This document shows, in pieces, positions 18,021 to 28,623 of a stretch of 64,000 bases of DNA; positions within the stretch are counted from its first letter, which is position 1, and the number at the start of each line of letters is the position of its first letter. The notes beneath the pieces are model-generated. The model did no database searches and was not told the origin of the DNA. It saw only the letters and a program-made list of their open reading frames with translations. The DNA is taken from contig JAHFMX010000004.1 of assembly GCA_023267635.1 (NCBI GenBank), positions 2,837 through 66,836 on the forward strand, written 5' to 3'. This DNA comes from a bacterium. Its GTDB lineage: Bacteria; Patescibacteriota; Minisyncoccia; Phycocordibacterales; UBA5272. A program made the position numbers and the translations under genes.

Positions 18021-20726
18021 ATGCCTCCAAATTTCAACAACTTCACCACCAAAGCAAAGGAAGTGATTCGTCGGGCGCATGAACTTGCTATCGAGCGAGG
18101 ACAGAACCAGGTGAGTCCACTCCATCTTATGGGAGCTCTTCTTACACAGGAAGAGTCTCTTGTGCATGCTATTTTAGAAAAATTAGAAATCGATATTGTT
18201 CATCTTACTGACAGCATTGTGGACGCTATTGAAGTTCCTGGAGCTTCAGCTACGATGAGTCCGTCATATCAGATGTATCTCACACCTGAACTTGCAACAA
18301 CACTTGAAATGTCACTGAAGGTTGCTCAAACCCTTGGAGACGAATTTGTTTCAACGGAACACCTCTTCCTTTCATTACTTGAATCACAAGGACAAGTACG
18401 TGAAGTACTTGCACGTTTCCGAATCGACAAGGACGCGGCATATCATATATTAGAAGACCTTCGCTCACAGAATATTACTGAAGCGCAAGGCGGAAAGAAA
18501 AATAAAGCACTCGCGAAATACACACGTAATTTCACGGAGCTTGCACGTGCGGACAAATTAGATCCAGTAATCGGTCGCGATACAGAAATCATGCGTCTTA
18601 TGCAAATTCTTTCTCGTCGCACAAAGAATAATCCAATCCTCATTGGTGAAGCTGGTGTTGGAAAAACTGCAGTAGTAGAAGGACTCGCAATTCGTATGGC
18701 AAAAGGGGATGTTCCAGAGTCTCTTAAAGGTAAAGAACTCGTATCACTTGATCTTGGAATGCTTATTGCTGGAACAAAGTTCCGCGGAGAATTTGAAGAA
18801 CGACTCAAAGCAATCATGAAAGAAATTGAACGCTCAGAAGGAGGCATTATTCTTTTCATCGATGAGATTCACACCATTGTCGGAGCGGGGGCAACAGAAG
18901 GATCAGCGGACGCCGCAAACCTACTCAAGCCAGCACTTTCTCGTGGAGAGCTCAGAGCCATTGGAGCAACAACTATCAAGGAGTATCAGAAGCATATCGA
19001 AAAGGATCCAGCTCTTGCCCGTCGTTTCCAGCCAGTGTTTGTAGAAGAACCAACAGAGCTCGACACGCTTGCGATCTTACGTGGCCTCAAGGAAAAGTAT
19101 GAACTCTTCCACGGGGTACGTATTACAGATGATGCTCTTATCTCAGCGGTGAATCTTTCGACTCGATATATTACGTCACGATTCCTACCTGATAAGGCAA
19201 TTGACCTTATTGATGAGGCTGCCTCATCTCTTCGTATTGCTCTCGAGAATAAGCCTCCTGTGCTTGATGATGCTCATCGCAAGATCATGCGTTTAGAAAT
19301 CGAAAAAGAAGCGCTCACGAAGGAACTTGTTGCACATAAGGAAGACGATGATGCGCATGGAACAGGAACTGAAAAGCGAATTCATGCTATCGACGAAGAG
19401 ATTGCAAACGTAAAAGAGAAGACTCGCGAACTTGAGCTTAAGTGGAAAAACGAAAAGAAGACACTTAATGAAATTGGAGAACTTAAAAAGTCTCTTGAAA
19501 CCCTCCGTATTGAAGCAGAGAACGCAGAAATGCGCGCTGACCTTACTCGCGCTGCGGAGATTCGTTATGGACAAATTCCAGAGCTTACACGCGAACTTGG
19601 TGAACGTATGGAGAAACTAAAGAAACTTCAGAAGACACGCAGAATTCTACGTGAAGAAATTACAGAAGAAGATATTGCTTCTGTGGTGGCTCGTTGGACG
19701 GGTATTCCTGTTGTGAAAATGTTGGAAGAGGAAGAAGAAAAATTAGCGCACATGGAAGAAGGACTTGGAGAACGTGTGATTGGACAGCGTGATCCAATAG
19801 AAAAAATAAGTGGAGCAGTGCGCCGAAGTCGTGCGGGGATTAATGATCCATCACGCCCAATCGGTTCATTCCTATTTCTTGGTCCAACGGGTGTTGGAAA
19901 AACGGAACTTACAAAGGCGCTCGCAGAGTTTATGTTCAATGACGAGAAAGCGCTCATCAAAGTGGATATGAGTGAATACATGGAGAAGCATTCAACGTCA
20001 AAGTTGATCGGAAGTCCTCCAGGATATGTTGGATATGATGAATCAGGGCAACTTACTGAAGCAGTTCGCCATCGTCCGTACGCCGTTATCTTGTTTGATG
20101 AAGTTGAAAAGGCTCATCCTGAAGTATTCAACTTACTTCTTCAGGTTCTTGATGAAGGGCGACTTACAGACAGTAAGGGGCGCATTGTTAACTTCAAGAA
20201 CACGATTATTGTGATGACATCCAACATTGGAAGTCAGCACATCCAGAAGATGGAGCAGATTGGGTTTACTAATCACACAGAAGGAAGTGAGTACGCACAA
20301 GTGAAGGAACGAGTTATGGAATCTCTCAAAGAATTCTTTAAGCCTGAGTTCTTAAACCGCCTTGATGAAACAATTATCTTTGATGTGCTCGACAAGAGTC
20401 AGGTGAAGCAAATTGTAGGTCTACAGATGGCTCAAATTGCAAAGCGCCTACAGGAAAAAGATATTATTCTTGAAACAACAGAAGAAGCTCTTGCTCACAT
20501 TGCAGAGAAATCGTTTGACCCACATTATGGAGCGCGACCTATCAAGCGATTTATTCAGACTCATATTTTGAATCAGGTTGCATCTCTCATGCTTTCAAAG
20601 AAATTTATGAAAGGGGGAATAGCTGCAGTAGCACTCGATAAAAAGGGAGACGTTATTGTTGAAGCAAAGAAACCAAAGAAGATTCCAAGTCCAATATCCA
20701 AAAAGGATCTTGTAACAAAGAAGTAA
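18021..20726 (+). CDS. clpB: ATP-dependent chaperone ClpB
   Basis: Two AAA+ modules ([16 protein letters not shown]), KLDPVIGRD, long M-domain coiled coil. Confidence 0.95.
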   Translation: MPPNFNNFTTKAKEVIRRAHELAIERGQNQVSPLHLMGALLTQEESLVHAILEKLEIDIVHLTDSIVDAIEVPGASATMSPSYQMYLTPELATTLEMSLKVAQTLGDEFVSTEHLFLSLLESQGQVREVLARFRIDKDAAYHILEDLRSQNITEAQGGKKNKALAKYTRNFTELARADKLDPVIGRDTEIMRLMQILSRRTKNNPILIGEAGVGKTAVVEGLAIRMAKGDVPESLKGKELVSLDLGMLIAGTKFRGEFEERLKAIMKEIERSEGGIILFIDEIHTIVGAGATEGSADAANLLKPALSRGELRAIGATTIKEYQKHIEKDPALARRFQPVFVEEPTELDTLAILRGLKEKYELFHGVRITDDALISAVNLSTRYITSRFLPDKAIDLIDEAASSLRIALENKPPVLDDAHRKIMRLEIEKEALTKELVAHKEDDDAHGTGTEKRIHAIDEEIANVKEKTRELELKWKNEKKTLNEIGELKKSLETLRIEAENAEMRADLTRAAEIRYGQIPELTRELGERMEKLKKLQKTRRILREEITEEDIASVVARWTGIPVVKMLEEEEEKLAHMEEGLGERVIGQRDPIEKISGAVRRSRAGINDPSRPIGSFLFLGPTGVGKTELTKALAEFMFNDEKALIKVDMSEYMEKHSTSKLIGSPPGYVGYDESGQLTEAVRHRPYAVILFDEVEKAHPEVFNLLLQVLDEGRLTDSKGRIVNFKNTIIVMTSNIGSQHIQKMEQIGFTNHTEGSEYAQVKERVMESLKEFFKPEFLNRLDETIIFDVLDKSQVKQIVGLQMAQIAKRLQEKDIILETTEEALAHIAEKSFDPHYGARPIKRFIQTHILNQVASLMLSKKFMKGGIAAVALDKKGDVIVEAKKPKKIPSPISKKDLVTKK

Positions 20727-20727
20727 A

Positions 20728-20895
20728 GATCTACAAAATCATCCCATCTACTTTGTCGCTACGGGATTTTTCTCAGTCAATGTATATGGAAATGTTCCTT
20801 TGCTTGCTAGCTCCGGAACTCTTTGTCGCTCTTCGCTCCTAGATCCTTCTAAAAATCCCTAAGCTTCGCGTACCTGGAACAATTTTCTAGATTTT
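20728..20895 (+). repeat. Family A repeat, copy 2, with a nested insert
   Basis: ctactttgtcgctacgggatttttctcagtcaatgta...aagcttcgcgta; about 50 bp extra, containing gcttgctagct. Confidence 0.8.
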
Positions 20896-21000
20896 AAAAA
20901 CATAAAGTGCCGCATATTTGCGGCACTTTATGTTTTTAATGAAATTTGCTATAATCCAATTCTGTTGGTTTGTGTCAAAGTATTTAGACCAACACTTTTT

Positions 21001-21083
21001 GCGTCAGTCGTATAGTGGCAATTACAGGGGACTGTAAATCCCCCGCGCATAGCGCTCCGCTGGTTCGAGTCCAGCCTGACGCA
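21001..21083 (+). tRNA. tRNA-Tyr(GTA)
   Basis: GCGTCAG/CTGACGC acceptor, gggga-CTGTAAA-tcccc, long variable arm, GGTTCGAGTCC. Confidence 0.92.
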
Positions 21084-21233
21084 CAAAATAGTTTTTATTA
21101 AAAATCTCCATATTTGAATGGAGATTTTTAATTCTAACGGTAGTATTGACTTTTATATTAAATATGTTATAATTAAAAAGCTAAGGATTTAATTTTTCAT
21201 TTCGAAAAATATTCTTGGCGAAGGAGATAGAGA

Positions 21234-21521
21234 GTGCAAACAGCAATGAGTTTGGCGCTTGCGAGAGTCGGTTTGATTACCGAAGAGCAAGCAAGAGACA
21301 TTACATGTCTGCCGCGGCACTTGAAGACATATCAGGAGCAGATTGAAGAAATCTCTCTACTTGCTGGTCTGATGAAAAATGCCAATATCAATGCATCTGG
21401 TACAGACACGCTTGTCTATATCGCGTACAGGCTTGATTTGGAAAGTGGAAGATATGCTGAAGGTTTTCAGCTCATGCTTTCCCATCTGAAGAAAAGAGTT
21501 GCTGAACTCGGACTCGTTTAA
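21234..21521 (+). CDS. Hypothetical protein, ORFan cassette
   Basis: TTGACT-N16-TATAAT promoter at about 21146-21173; SD aaggag 7 nt before GTG. Confidence 0.65.
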   Translation: MQTAMSLALARVGLITEEQARDITCLPRHLKTYQEQIEEISLLAGLMKNANINASGTDTLVYIAYRLDLESGRYAEGFQLMLSHLKKRVAELGLV

Positions 21522-21690
21522 TCTAAAATATAAAGGAGAATTCTATCATGAAGACATGACACGCCGACACCAACTGTGTCGGCTTTTTATATGCCAAAGT
21601 TTTAACGTGAGGGCTTTGTTAATAAAACCTGCGCCATTTGAGATGAAAAACACATAGAGTGGTCTGTATAGAGGGTGATATACTTACCAC

Positions 21691-22236
21691 ATGAGAATTG
21701 CAGTCCTTGGTCCACAAAATACTGGTAAATCAACTTTTATACAAGATTTCTTAGCTGAATTCCCACACTATACAACGCCGCCTGAGACCTACCGCGACCT
21801 TGTGGAGGAAAAGGAATTAGAGGTTAATCAACTGACTGGAGTAGAAAGTCAAAAAGCAATTCGTGATTTTATGTTTGGACAGTTGCGTCACAATACTGCG
21901 TATAATGTTATTTTTGATAGGTGTCTTATTGATAACTATGTGTATACCTACGTTCAGTATGAGGCAGGCACTATTCCAAAATGGTTTGTAGATGAAACCG
22001 AAGCAATGATGAAGGACACACTTCAAAATGTTGATATGTATTTCTTTATTCCTACGGCGGTTGCTGTGCCGTTGGTTGATGACGGAACACGAGACATTAC
22101 AGCTGAGTATATTGATACAGTTAATAATCACTTCTTAAGAGTTTTATTTGAGCTCTCAAGAAAATACAACATTACCGTTAAGGTTGTGTCGGGGAATCGA
22201 GAAGCAAGAATGGAACAGGTTAGAAAAATAATTTAA
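21691..22236 (+). CDS. NadR/AAA_28-type P-loop kinase
   Basis: RIAVLGPQNTGKST, FDRCLIDNYVY, DDGTR. Confidence 0.8.
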   Translation: MRIAVLGPQNTGKSTFIQDFLAEFPHYTTPPETYRDLVEEKELEVNQLTGVESQKAIRDFMFGQLRHNTAYNVIFDRCLIDNYVYTYVQYEAGTIPKWFVDETEAMMKDTLQNVDMYFFIPTAVAVPLVDDGTRDITAEYIDTVNNHFLRVLFELSRKYNITVKVVSGNREARMEQVRKII

Positions 22237-22248
22237 TTTTTAATTACT

Positions 22249-22629
22249 ATGAATATAGAAGATCGCAAAAAAGAATTAACACCAGAAGAAAACCACGTCC
22301 TCTTTAATGGTGGAACAGAGGCTCCGTTTACAGGTGAGCTTCTTAATGAACACCGTGTGGGAATGTTTAGTTGTAAGGTGTGTGGTACACCACTCTTTGC
22401 TTCGGACACAAAATTTGAATCAGGATCAGGGTGGCCTTCGTTTGATCAAGCTCTACCTGGCGCCACAGAGAATATTGAAGACAATTCACTCGGCATGCTT
22501 CGGACGGAAGTAAGGTGTGCTACGTGTCATGCTCACCTAGGGCATGTGTTCGATGACGGACCAGCAACAACTGGTAAGCGCTACTGTATGAACTCAATCT
22601 GTATGGAATTTAAGGAAGAAGAAAAATAA
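22249..22629 (+). CDS. msrB: Methionine-R-sulfoxide reductase
   Basis: GTEAPFTG, SGSGWPSF, HLGHVFDDGP, RYCMNS. Confidence 0.97.
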   Translation: MNIEDRKKELTPEENHVLFNGGTEAPFTGELLNEHRVGMFSCKVCGTPLFASDTKFESGSGWPSFDQALPGATENIEDNSLGMLRTEVRCATCHAHLGHVFDDGPATTGKRYCMNSICMEFKEEEK

Positions 22630-22634
22630 TATAT

Positions 22635-23018
22635 ATGTCATCACTTTTTACAAAAATCATTGCAGGTGAAATTCCAAGTTACAAGATATACGAAGATGAA
22701 TACTCGTATGCTTTTCTGGACATTAATCCTTCACGTGAGGGGCACACTCTTGTTGTTCCTAAACAAGAAGTTGACCAGTTGTTTGATCTTGATGAAGAAT
22801 CATATCGAGGGCTTATGAGCGCTGTTAAGAATGTTGCTGAATTGCTTAAAGCAAAACTGAACTGCATGCGTATATGTGTCGTTGTTGAAGGGTATGAAGT
22901 TCCTCATGCTCATGTGCACCTGCTTCCTACCAATACTGCAGAAGATTTTATTTCTCGAAGACCACACACGGCAACTGACGAGGAGCTGAAAGAAGTTCAC
23001 GCTAACATCGTCTCATAG
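22635..23018 (+). CDS. HIT family nucleotide hydrolase
   Basis: AFLDINP, GHTLVVPK, HAHVHLLP triad. Confidence 0.93.
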   Translation: MSSLFTKIIAGEIPSYKIYEDEYSYAFLDINPSREGHTLVVPKQEVDQLFDLDEESYRGLMSAVKNVAELLKAKLNCMRICVVVEGYEVPHAHVHLLPTNTAEDFISRRPHTATDEELKEVHANIVS

Positions 23019-23021
23019 TAT

Positions 23022-23288
23022 ATGAAGCAACCAATAACATTTAAAGAAGCTGTGTATGACGTTGTAGCTAAAATCCCAAAAGGGAATGTTATGACATATA
23101 AAGAAGTTGCTATAAAAATTGGAAAGCCAAACGCGTCCCGTGCGGTGGGTACGGTATTAAGTAAGAATTTTAATCCAGATATTCCGTGCCATCGTGTGAT
23201 TCGTGCTGACGGAAAAATGGGAGGTTATAATCGCGGGGGAATTACTAGTAAACGCACCATTCTCGAAGAAGAAGGTGCTAATATATAA
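23022..23288 (+). CDS. MGMT/Ogt-family alkylguanine repair protein (single domain)
   Basis: IPKG.V.TY, RAVG, IPCHRV. Confidence 0.9.
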   Translation: MKQPITFKEAVYDVVAKIPKGNVMTYKEVAIKIGKPNASRAVGTVLSKNFNPDIPCHRVIRADGKMGGYNRGGITSKRTILEEEGANI

Positions 23289-23299
23289 TCTATACATCT

Positions 23300-23638
23300 A
23301 TGACATATATACTCATCAGAACAATCGGAGTTCTTCTAGCAAGTTACATAACTAAAGTGGGTGTTCCAATAGTGCTTGCTTGGCAAACAGGAGTGACTGC
23401 AGTGTTGGTTGCTTTAGTCCTTGCAATCATCAACAACACGATCAAACCAATCATTACCTTGATCTCGCTCCCAATTAACATTGTGACGTTGGGATTGTTT
23501 TCTTTTGTGATAAATGGAGTAATGATCCTACTCGCAGACAAGTTGGTTGATGGATTTACTATTCCGTCACTTTTAATGGCAATATATTTCTCAATCGTAC
23601 TTTCAGTTATTAACTGGTTTCTTCACGCATTTGAATAG
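23300..23638 (+). CDS. YvlD/phage-holin_4-like 4-TM membrane protein
   Basis: N..IKPI..LISLP.NIVTLGLF..VIN signature. Confidence 0.85.
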   Translation: MTYILIRTIGVLLASYITKVGVPIVLAWQTGVTAVLVALVLAIINNTIKPIITLISLPINIVTLGLFSFVINGVMILLADKLVDGFTIPSLLMAIYFSIVLSVINWFLHAFE

Positions 23639-23672
23639 GAGATAGTTAGGGGTTGCAGTTAGGGTGTTAGAG

Positions 23673-23757
23673 AAAAGAGTGCGCCGTATGGTTCCCGATT
23701 TCTTAGATTGTAATCAATCTTTTGAAATCGCAATACTCTGGAGTGCGCACTCTTTTC
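23673..23757. repeat. Family B repeat inside a bidirectional terminator hairpin
   Basis: aaaagagtgcgc...gcgcactctttt stem enclosing tcccgatttcttagattgtaatcaatcttttgaaatcgc. Confidence 0.75.
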
Positions 23758-23803
23758 TTATTGGGTATTGATTATTAAGTTATTGAATATTTACTCCTAA
23801 CCC

Positions 23804-24265
23804 TTAACTACTAACTCCTGACTTGGATTCGTGTTCCTCGGTGATCACTTCAACGTCTTCTTGAATTTCATCCACATCCTCCTGAATCTCATCAATATCT
23901 TCTTGCATTTCTTCCACGTCTTCAGCGATCTCCTCAACGTCCTCAGCAATCTCTTCGACATCTTCTGCAATTTCTTCAACGTCTTCTTGAATTTCATCAA
24001 TATCTTTTTCAACGTTGGCTAGCGCTCGCGCCTGATGGTTAACACTCATTTGAATGAAGATAGAGAGATAAATTGCTTCAAGAGATACGACTGTTGTTAA
24101 TACGAGGAGAACTCGATCTAGGCCAACACCCATAAGCACAAGCGTAAAAGCGCCTATAAATAAAAAGGTGTGAACAATGACAGACCAAATCGATCCTGTC
24201 CACTTGGTGATTTTAAGCGCAAGGATTTCTAGGTCATTTATTGGGGTGTTTTCATTTTTTTTCAT
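23804..24265 (-). CDS. DUF1003-like membrane protein with an acidic heptad-repeat tail
   Basis: LTTVVSLEAIYLSIFIQMSVN motif; (E/D)EI(A/Q)ED(V/I) repeats. Confidence 0.8.
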   Translation of the reverse strand: MKKNENTPINDLEILALKITKWTGSIWSVIVHTFLFIGAFTLVLMGVGLDRVLLVLTTVVSLEAIYLSIFIQMSVNHQARALANVEKDIDEIQEDVEEIAEDVEEIAEDVEEIAEDVEEMQEDIDEIQEDVDEIQEDVEVITEEHESKSGVSS

Positions 24266-24369
24266 ATGGTATAAGGGGTTGCGTCGACGCTTGGTAGCTT
24301 ACGACGTCTTCGCAGTCAAGCTGCTAAACATATGTTTTTACTATACCATAAACATGGTAAAATAAAGGT

Positions 24370-25470
24370 ATGACAATATTAATTCTTGTCGGACTACTTA
24401 TTCCGTTACTTATTCTGGGAGGTTTTGGTGCGCTTATTTATTTTCTTGTAAAGAAAAATACAAATTCTATGGAATCAAAAACAAAGGCTCTTGATGTGTT
24501 TATGTATCTCGGTATTTTCATATCGCTCATCGTGTCAGTGACAAATAGTATTCAAATACTTTTTACAGCTATTGAACGTAAGTTCACAGATGTGCTAGAA
24601 GTTGGACAGTATGTAGATATGTACGGAAGCGATATGCGCATGGCTATCGCTTCTCTTGTGGTGATGTTCCCCATCTACCTAGTTCTCTCAATGTACGTTT
24701 CAAGAGACATTAAGAAGTTTCTTTTCAAGCGTGGTCTTCTTATTCGTAAGATTTTTATTTACACAACGCTTTTTGCAACAGCGGTGACGCTTCTCGGTTC
24801 TCTTGTTGCAACAATCTACACATACCTGGGTGGAGAGCTTACTGTTCGTTTCGAACTTAAGGCGCTTACGGTGTTTGTTATCGCAGCAGCAGTGGGAGGA
24901 TATTACCTCTATGCGCTTCGTCGTGACTATACAAAGAAGACAATGGTACCGAACATAATTGCAGCAGCCTCTGCACTCTTCGTACTCGCTTCTCTTGTGT
25001 GGAGCGTTTCTATTATCGGTACTCCAGCTGAAATGAGACTTAAGCGAATTGACGATGCACGTCTTAACGATGTATCTCGTATTCAGCAAGAAATCTTTAA
25101 CCACTTCCAGAGCACTGATAAGTTACCAAAAGATCTTTCAGAGCTTGATGATGCCTTTCAAGGATATGTTGTTCCAAAGGATCCAGTAACAGGAGCAGTG
25201 TACGAGTATCGTGTACTTCAACAGCCCGTTGTAAGAGCAACTGCTGTTGTAGGTAAAAAAGAACTCACAACACCTGCTATCTTTGAAATCTGTGCAACAT
25301 TCGAGACTGAGCGAAAGTATGACGACCGAGGAACGCCAGTGTTCGCGGAGAAGATGTATTCTGTATCAAATTACTATTATTCTGGAGACACATCAGCTTT
25401 CTGGAATCATGGTATTGGTAAGACATGTTTTAAGAGGGTTATTTCTTCTGACATGTACTACGGTCGCTAA
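24370..25470 (+). CDS. Conserved CPR multi-TM protein (DUF5671-like)
   Basis: 6 TM helices, GTP...R..R.D..R..D motif, C-terminal Cys pair. Confidence 0.7.
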   Translation: MTILILVGLLIPLLILGGFGALIYFLVKKNTNSMESKTKALDVFMYLGIFISLIVSVTNSIQILFTAIERKFTDVLEVGQYVDMYGSDMRMAIASLVVMFPIYLVLSMYVSRDIKKFLFKRGLLIRKIFIYTTLFATAVTLLGSLVATIYTYLGGELTVRFELKALTVFVIAAAVGGYYLYALRRDYTKKTMVPNIIAAASALFVLASLVWSVSIIGTPAEMRLKRIDDARLNDVSRIQQEIFNHFQSTDKLPKDLSELDDAFQGYVVPKDPVTGAVYEYRVLQQPVVRATAVVGKKELTTPAIFEICATFETERKYDDRGTPVFAEKMYSVSNYYYSGDTSAFWNHGIGKTCFKRVISSDMYYGR

Positions 25471-25484
25471 TACAGTACACCAAC

Positions 25485-25576
25485 ACAATCTTCTTTGTTG
25501 TGGGACCCAGTTTTCTCAGTCAATGTACTATTCGTACACCTCCTTCAAAAACTTTCCCACGCCTCGAATCTTGTGC
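25485..25576 (+). repeat. Family A repeat, diverged copy 3
   Basis: ctttgttgtggg...ttttctcagtcaatgtactattcgtacacctccttcaaaaac...cgcctcg. Confidence 0.6.
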
Positions 25577-25688
25577 CGTTATACTGATTAGTTTTCTTCT
25601 GGGGATTTTTAAATAAAGAGCGGCGCCTACGGCGCCGCTCTTTATTTTTATCTCACAGACGCAATATGATAGTATGTAGTAATAACGT

Positions 25689-28577
25689 ATGGAATCATAT
25701 AATCCTAAAAACATAGAACCTAAGTGGCAAAAGAAATGGGCAGACACAAAGCTCTACGAGACTGATATTTCTACCACAAAAAAGAAAATGTATGTTTTGG
25801 ATATGTTTCCATACCCATCAGGTGAAGGGCTCCACGTCGGACACCCTAAAGGATATATTGCAACAGATATTTATTCTCGCATGAAGAAGATGAGTGGATT
25901 TGAGGTGCTTCACCCAATGGGATGGGATGCTTTCGGTCTTCCTGCTGAGGAATTTGCTCTTAAACATAAAGTTCACCCACGAGTAGCTGTAGAGAAAAAT
26001 ATTGCTCGCTTTAAAGAGCAGCTTTCAATCATTGGATGTAATTATGATTGGACGAAAGAAATTAATACAACCGATCCAGAATTTTATAAATGGACTCAGT
26101 GGATTTTTAAACAAATGTGGAAGAAAAATCTCGCATACGAAAGTAACGAACCTATCAACTGGTGTCCATCATGTAAGACTGGGCTTGCGAACGAGGATCT
26201 AGAAGGAGACTCATGTGAGCGCTGTGGAAGTAAAGTAGAAAAGAAACCACTTCGACAGTGGGTACTTAAGATTACTGACTATGCAGATCGCATGATTGCA
26301 GATTTGGATAAGTTGGAATGGCCAGAAGGTGTAAAGCTTGCGCAGAAGAATTGGATCGGAAAAAGTGAAGGTGCAGAATTTGATTTTGAGTTAGTTGCGG
26401 GAATGGGTGTTCCCGTATCTCAAAAAGTATTCACCACACGACCAGACACGCTCTACGGCGCAACGTTTGTCGCTATTTCAGCTGAGCTTGCAAATACATG
26501 GATTAAAAATGGTTGGGAGACAACGAATGAGGTTGTTAGTTTTGCTGCCGCGCTCATACATGAACAAGAGTCTCTTGGGTATGGAGCAGAAAAAGAGAAG
26601 AAGGGAATATTCACTGGTGTCTACGCAATTAACCCAGCAACAAAGGAAGAGATTCCTGTGTGGATTGCTAACTATGTTATGGGAGGAGTGGGGACAGGGG
26701 CGCTTATGGCGGTCCCAGCTCATGATGACCGTGATTTTGAATTTGCTCAGATATATAATCTTCCAATTAAAGAAGTTATTCGTCCGTATGTTATTGATCA
26801 TGTGAACGCCCCACGAGCTGATAAGGTTACAAAAGTTCGTCGTAACGTGCACGCAATTGTGTATGATCCAAAGACTAAGAAATATTTGATACTAAGAAAC
26901 TCAATTCATAATTGGGACACGATTGTAATCGGCGGAGTAGAGGAAGGAGAAGATTTGATTGAGGCTGCTAAGCGAGAACTTGCTGAAGAAACGGGGTATA
27001 CAGATGTTGTATATAAGAGAACGCTTGGTTTCCCTGTACAGGCGGGATATTTTGCACCTCATAAAGATGAGAACAGATTAGCAATCGCCTCTGCACTTTA
27101 TTTTGAATTAGAAAGCGATACTAAGGTTGAAATTCCAACTGATGGGGAGAATGAGGGAAATGAGATCGTGTGGGTGGACGAATCAGATTTTGCTTTAGGT
27201 AAAATGATTAATTCAGAACTTGGACATTGGCTCGCTAGACTTAAGACAGGTAAAGATGTCGCGTATACAGGGGCGGGCGTACTAGTTAATTCTGGAGATC
27301 ACGACGGACTCACCTCTGAAGAAGCGTGCAAGAAAATAACAGAAGTTGTCGGAGGAAAGCTACTGTCTCGCTACCGTTTGAAGGATTGGGTATTTGCTCG
27401 ACAAAGATATTGGGGAGAACCTTTTCCAATTGTGTTTGATGAGAATCACGTTGCGCACGTTGTTGCTGACAGTGAGCTTCCCGTTAGGTTACCAGAAGTT
27501 GAAAAGTATGAACCAACAGGAACAGGGGAAAGCCCACTTGCTGCGATAGAATCTTGGGTGAATGTTACTGGGTATCTTAACGAAGAAGGGGAGTTTGTAA
27601 GTTGCGACTCATCTCATCCACAAGCTAGGCGTTTTACTCGCGAAACAAACACCATGCCACAATGGGCGGGGTCATCGTGGTACTATCTTCGTTTTGCGGA
27701 TCCTCACAATACTCAAGCGCTCACCGATAGCGGCATTGAAAAGAAATGGCAGCCAGTGGACGTGTATGTGGGAGGAGATCATGCAACTCGCCACTTAATC
27801 TACGCTCGTTTTTGGCACAAGTTTTTGTATGATATTGGTGTCGTATCAAACGACGAACCTTTTTCGCGACTTGAGTTTCTCGGATTTATCCTCGCTGAAG
27901 ATGGACGCAAAATGAGTAAGCGCGCAGGAAATGTTATCAATCCAGATGATGTTGTTAATCAGTATGGGGCAGATACTCTTCGAGTATATGAAATGTTTAT
28001 GGGTCCATTTGAACAGACCGTTGCGTGGGACACAAAAGGAATTGCAGGGGCTGAGCGATTTCTCGAACGTGTGTGGAAGCTCTCTGCCAAGGTAAGCTCT
28101 GATGTAGCTGATTCAGACCAGATGAAGTCACTGCTTCATAAAACAATTAAAAAAGTAGGCGAAGATATCGAAGGTTTTAAATTTAACACTGCTATTAGTG
28201 CGATGATGATATGTCTTAATCAAGCTGACGCAGAGGCCCCTGTTTCTCAATCCTGGTACACAGAGTTTCTAAAGATTTTGGCTCCATTTGCACCTCATAT
28301 TACAGAAGAGTTATGGAATCAGTCAGGAGAAGAGGGGTCTATTCATGAGAGTGCTTGGACTGTGTATGATGAAAGTTACCTGCGGGAGGCAATGGCTACC
28401 ATCGCAATTCAAATTGGTGGTAAGTTGCGAGGAACCCTTACCGTTCCTCATGATACGACAGAGATACACCTAGTAGATGAGGTTAAGAAAACTGATTTCT
28501 TCCAAAAATATGTCGGAGAGGCTACTCCTAAAAAAATCATTTTTGTGCCCAACAAGCTCATAAATATCGTAATTTGA
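25689..28577 (+). CDS. leuS: Leucine--tRNA ligase with an inserted Nudix domain
   Basis: MFPYPSGEGLHVGH, TTRPDT, VPAHDDRD, KMSKR; Nudix box GGVEEGEDLIEAAKRELAEETG. Confidence 0.96.
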   Translation: MESYNPKNIEPKWQKKWADTKLYETDISTTKKKMYVLDMFPYPSGEGLHVGHPKGYIATDIYSRMKKMSGFEVLHPMGWDAFGLPAEEFALKHKVHPRVAVEKNIARFKEQLSIIGCNYDWTKEINTTDPEFYKWTQWIFKQMWKKNLAYESNEPINWCPSCKTGLANEDLEGDSCERCGSKVEKKPLRQWVLKITDYADRMIADLDKLEWPEGVKLAQKNWIGKSEGAEFDFELVAGMGVPVSQKVFTTRPDTLYGATFVAISAELANTWIKNGWETTNEVVSFAAALIHEQESLGYGAEKEKKGIFTGVYAINPATKEEIPVWIANYVMGGVGTGALMAVPAHDDRDFEFAQIYNLPIKEVIRPYVIDHVNAPRADKVTKVRRNVHAIVYDPKTKKYLILRNSIHNWDTIVIGGVEEGEDLIEAAKRELAEETGYTDVVYKRTLGFPVQAGYFAPHKDENRLAIASALYFELESDTKVEIPTDGENEGNEIVWVDESDFALGKMINSELGHWLARLKTGKDVAYTGAGVLVNSGDHDGLTSEEACKKITEVVGGKLLSRYRLKDWVFARQRYWGEPFPIVFDENHVAHVVADSELPVRLPEVEKYEPTGTGESPLAAIESWVNVTGYLNEEGEFVSCDSSHPQARRFTRETNTMPQWAGSSWYYLRFADPHNTQALTDSGIEKKWQPVDVYVGGDHATRHLIYARFWHKFLYDIGVVSNDEPFSRLEFLGFILAEDGRKMSKRAGNVINPDDVVNQYGADTLRVYEMFMGPFEQTVAWDTKGIAGAERFLERVWKLSAKVSSDVADSDQMKSLLHKTIKKVGEDIEGFKFNTAISAMMICLNQADAEAPVSQSWYTEFLKILAPFAPHITEELWNQSGEEGSIHESAWTVYDESYLREAMATIAIQIGGKLRGTLTVPHDTTEIHLVDEVKKTDFFQKYVGEATPKKIIFVPNKLINIVI

Positions 28578-28623
28578 CGTTTTTGGCAAGTTCTGGTAGA
28601 ATGTATTTTATATATCACCACAT

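Noticed and set aside
23300-23638. Holin-family gene as a prophage marker
   Set aside because: The YvlD-like family is common in chromosomes, and the neighbours are housekeeping or repair genes.
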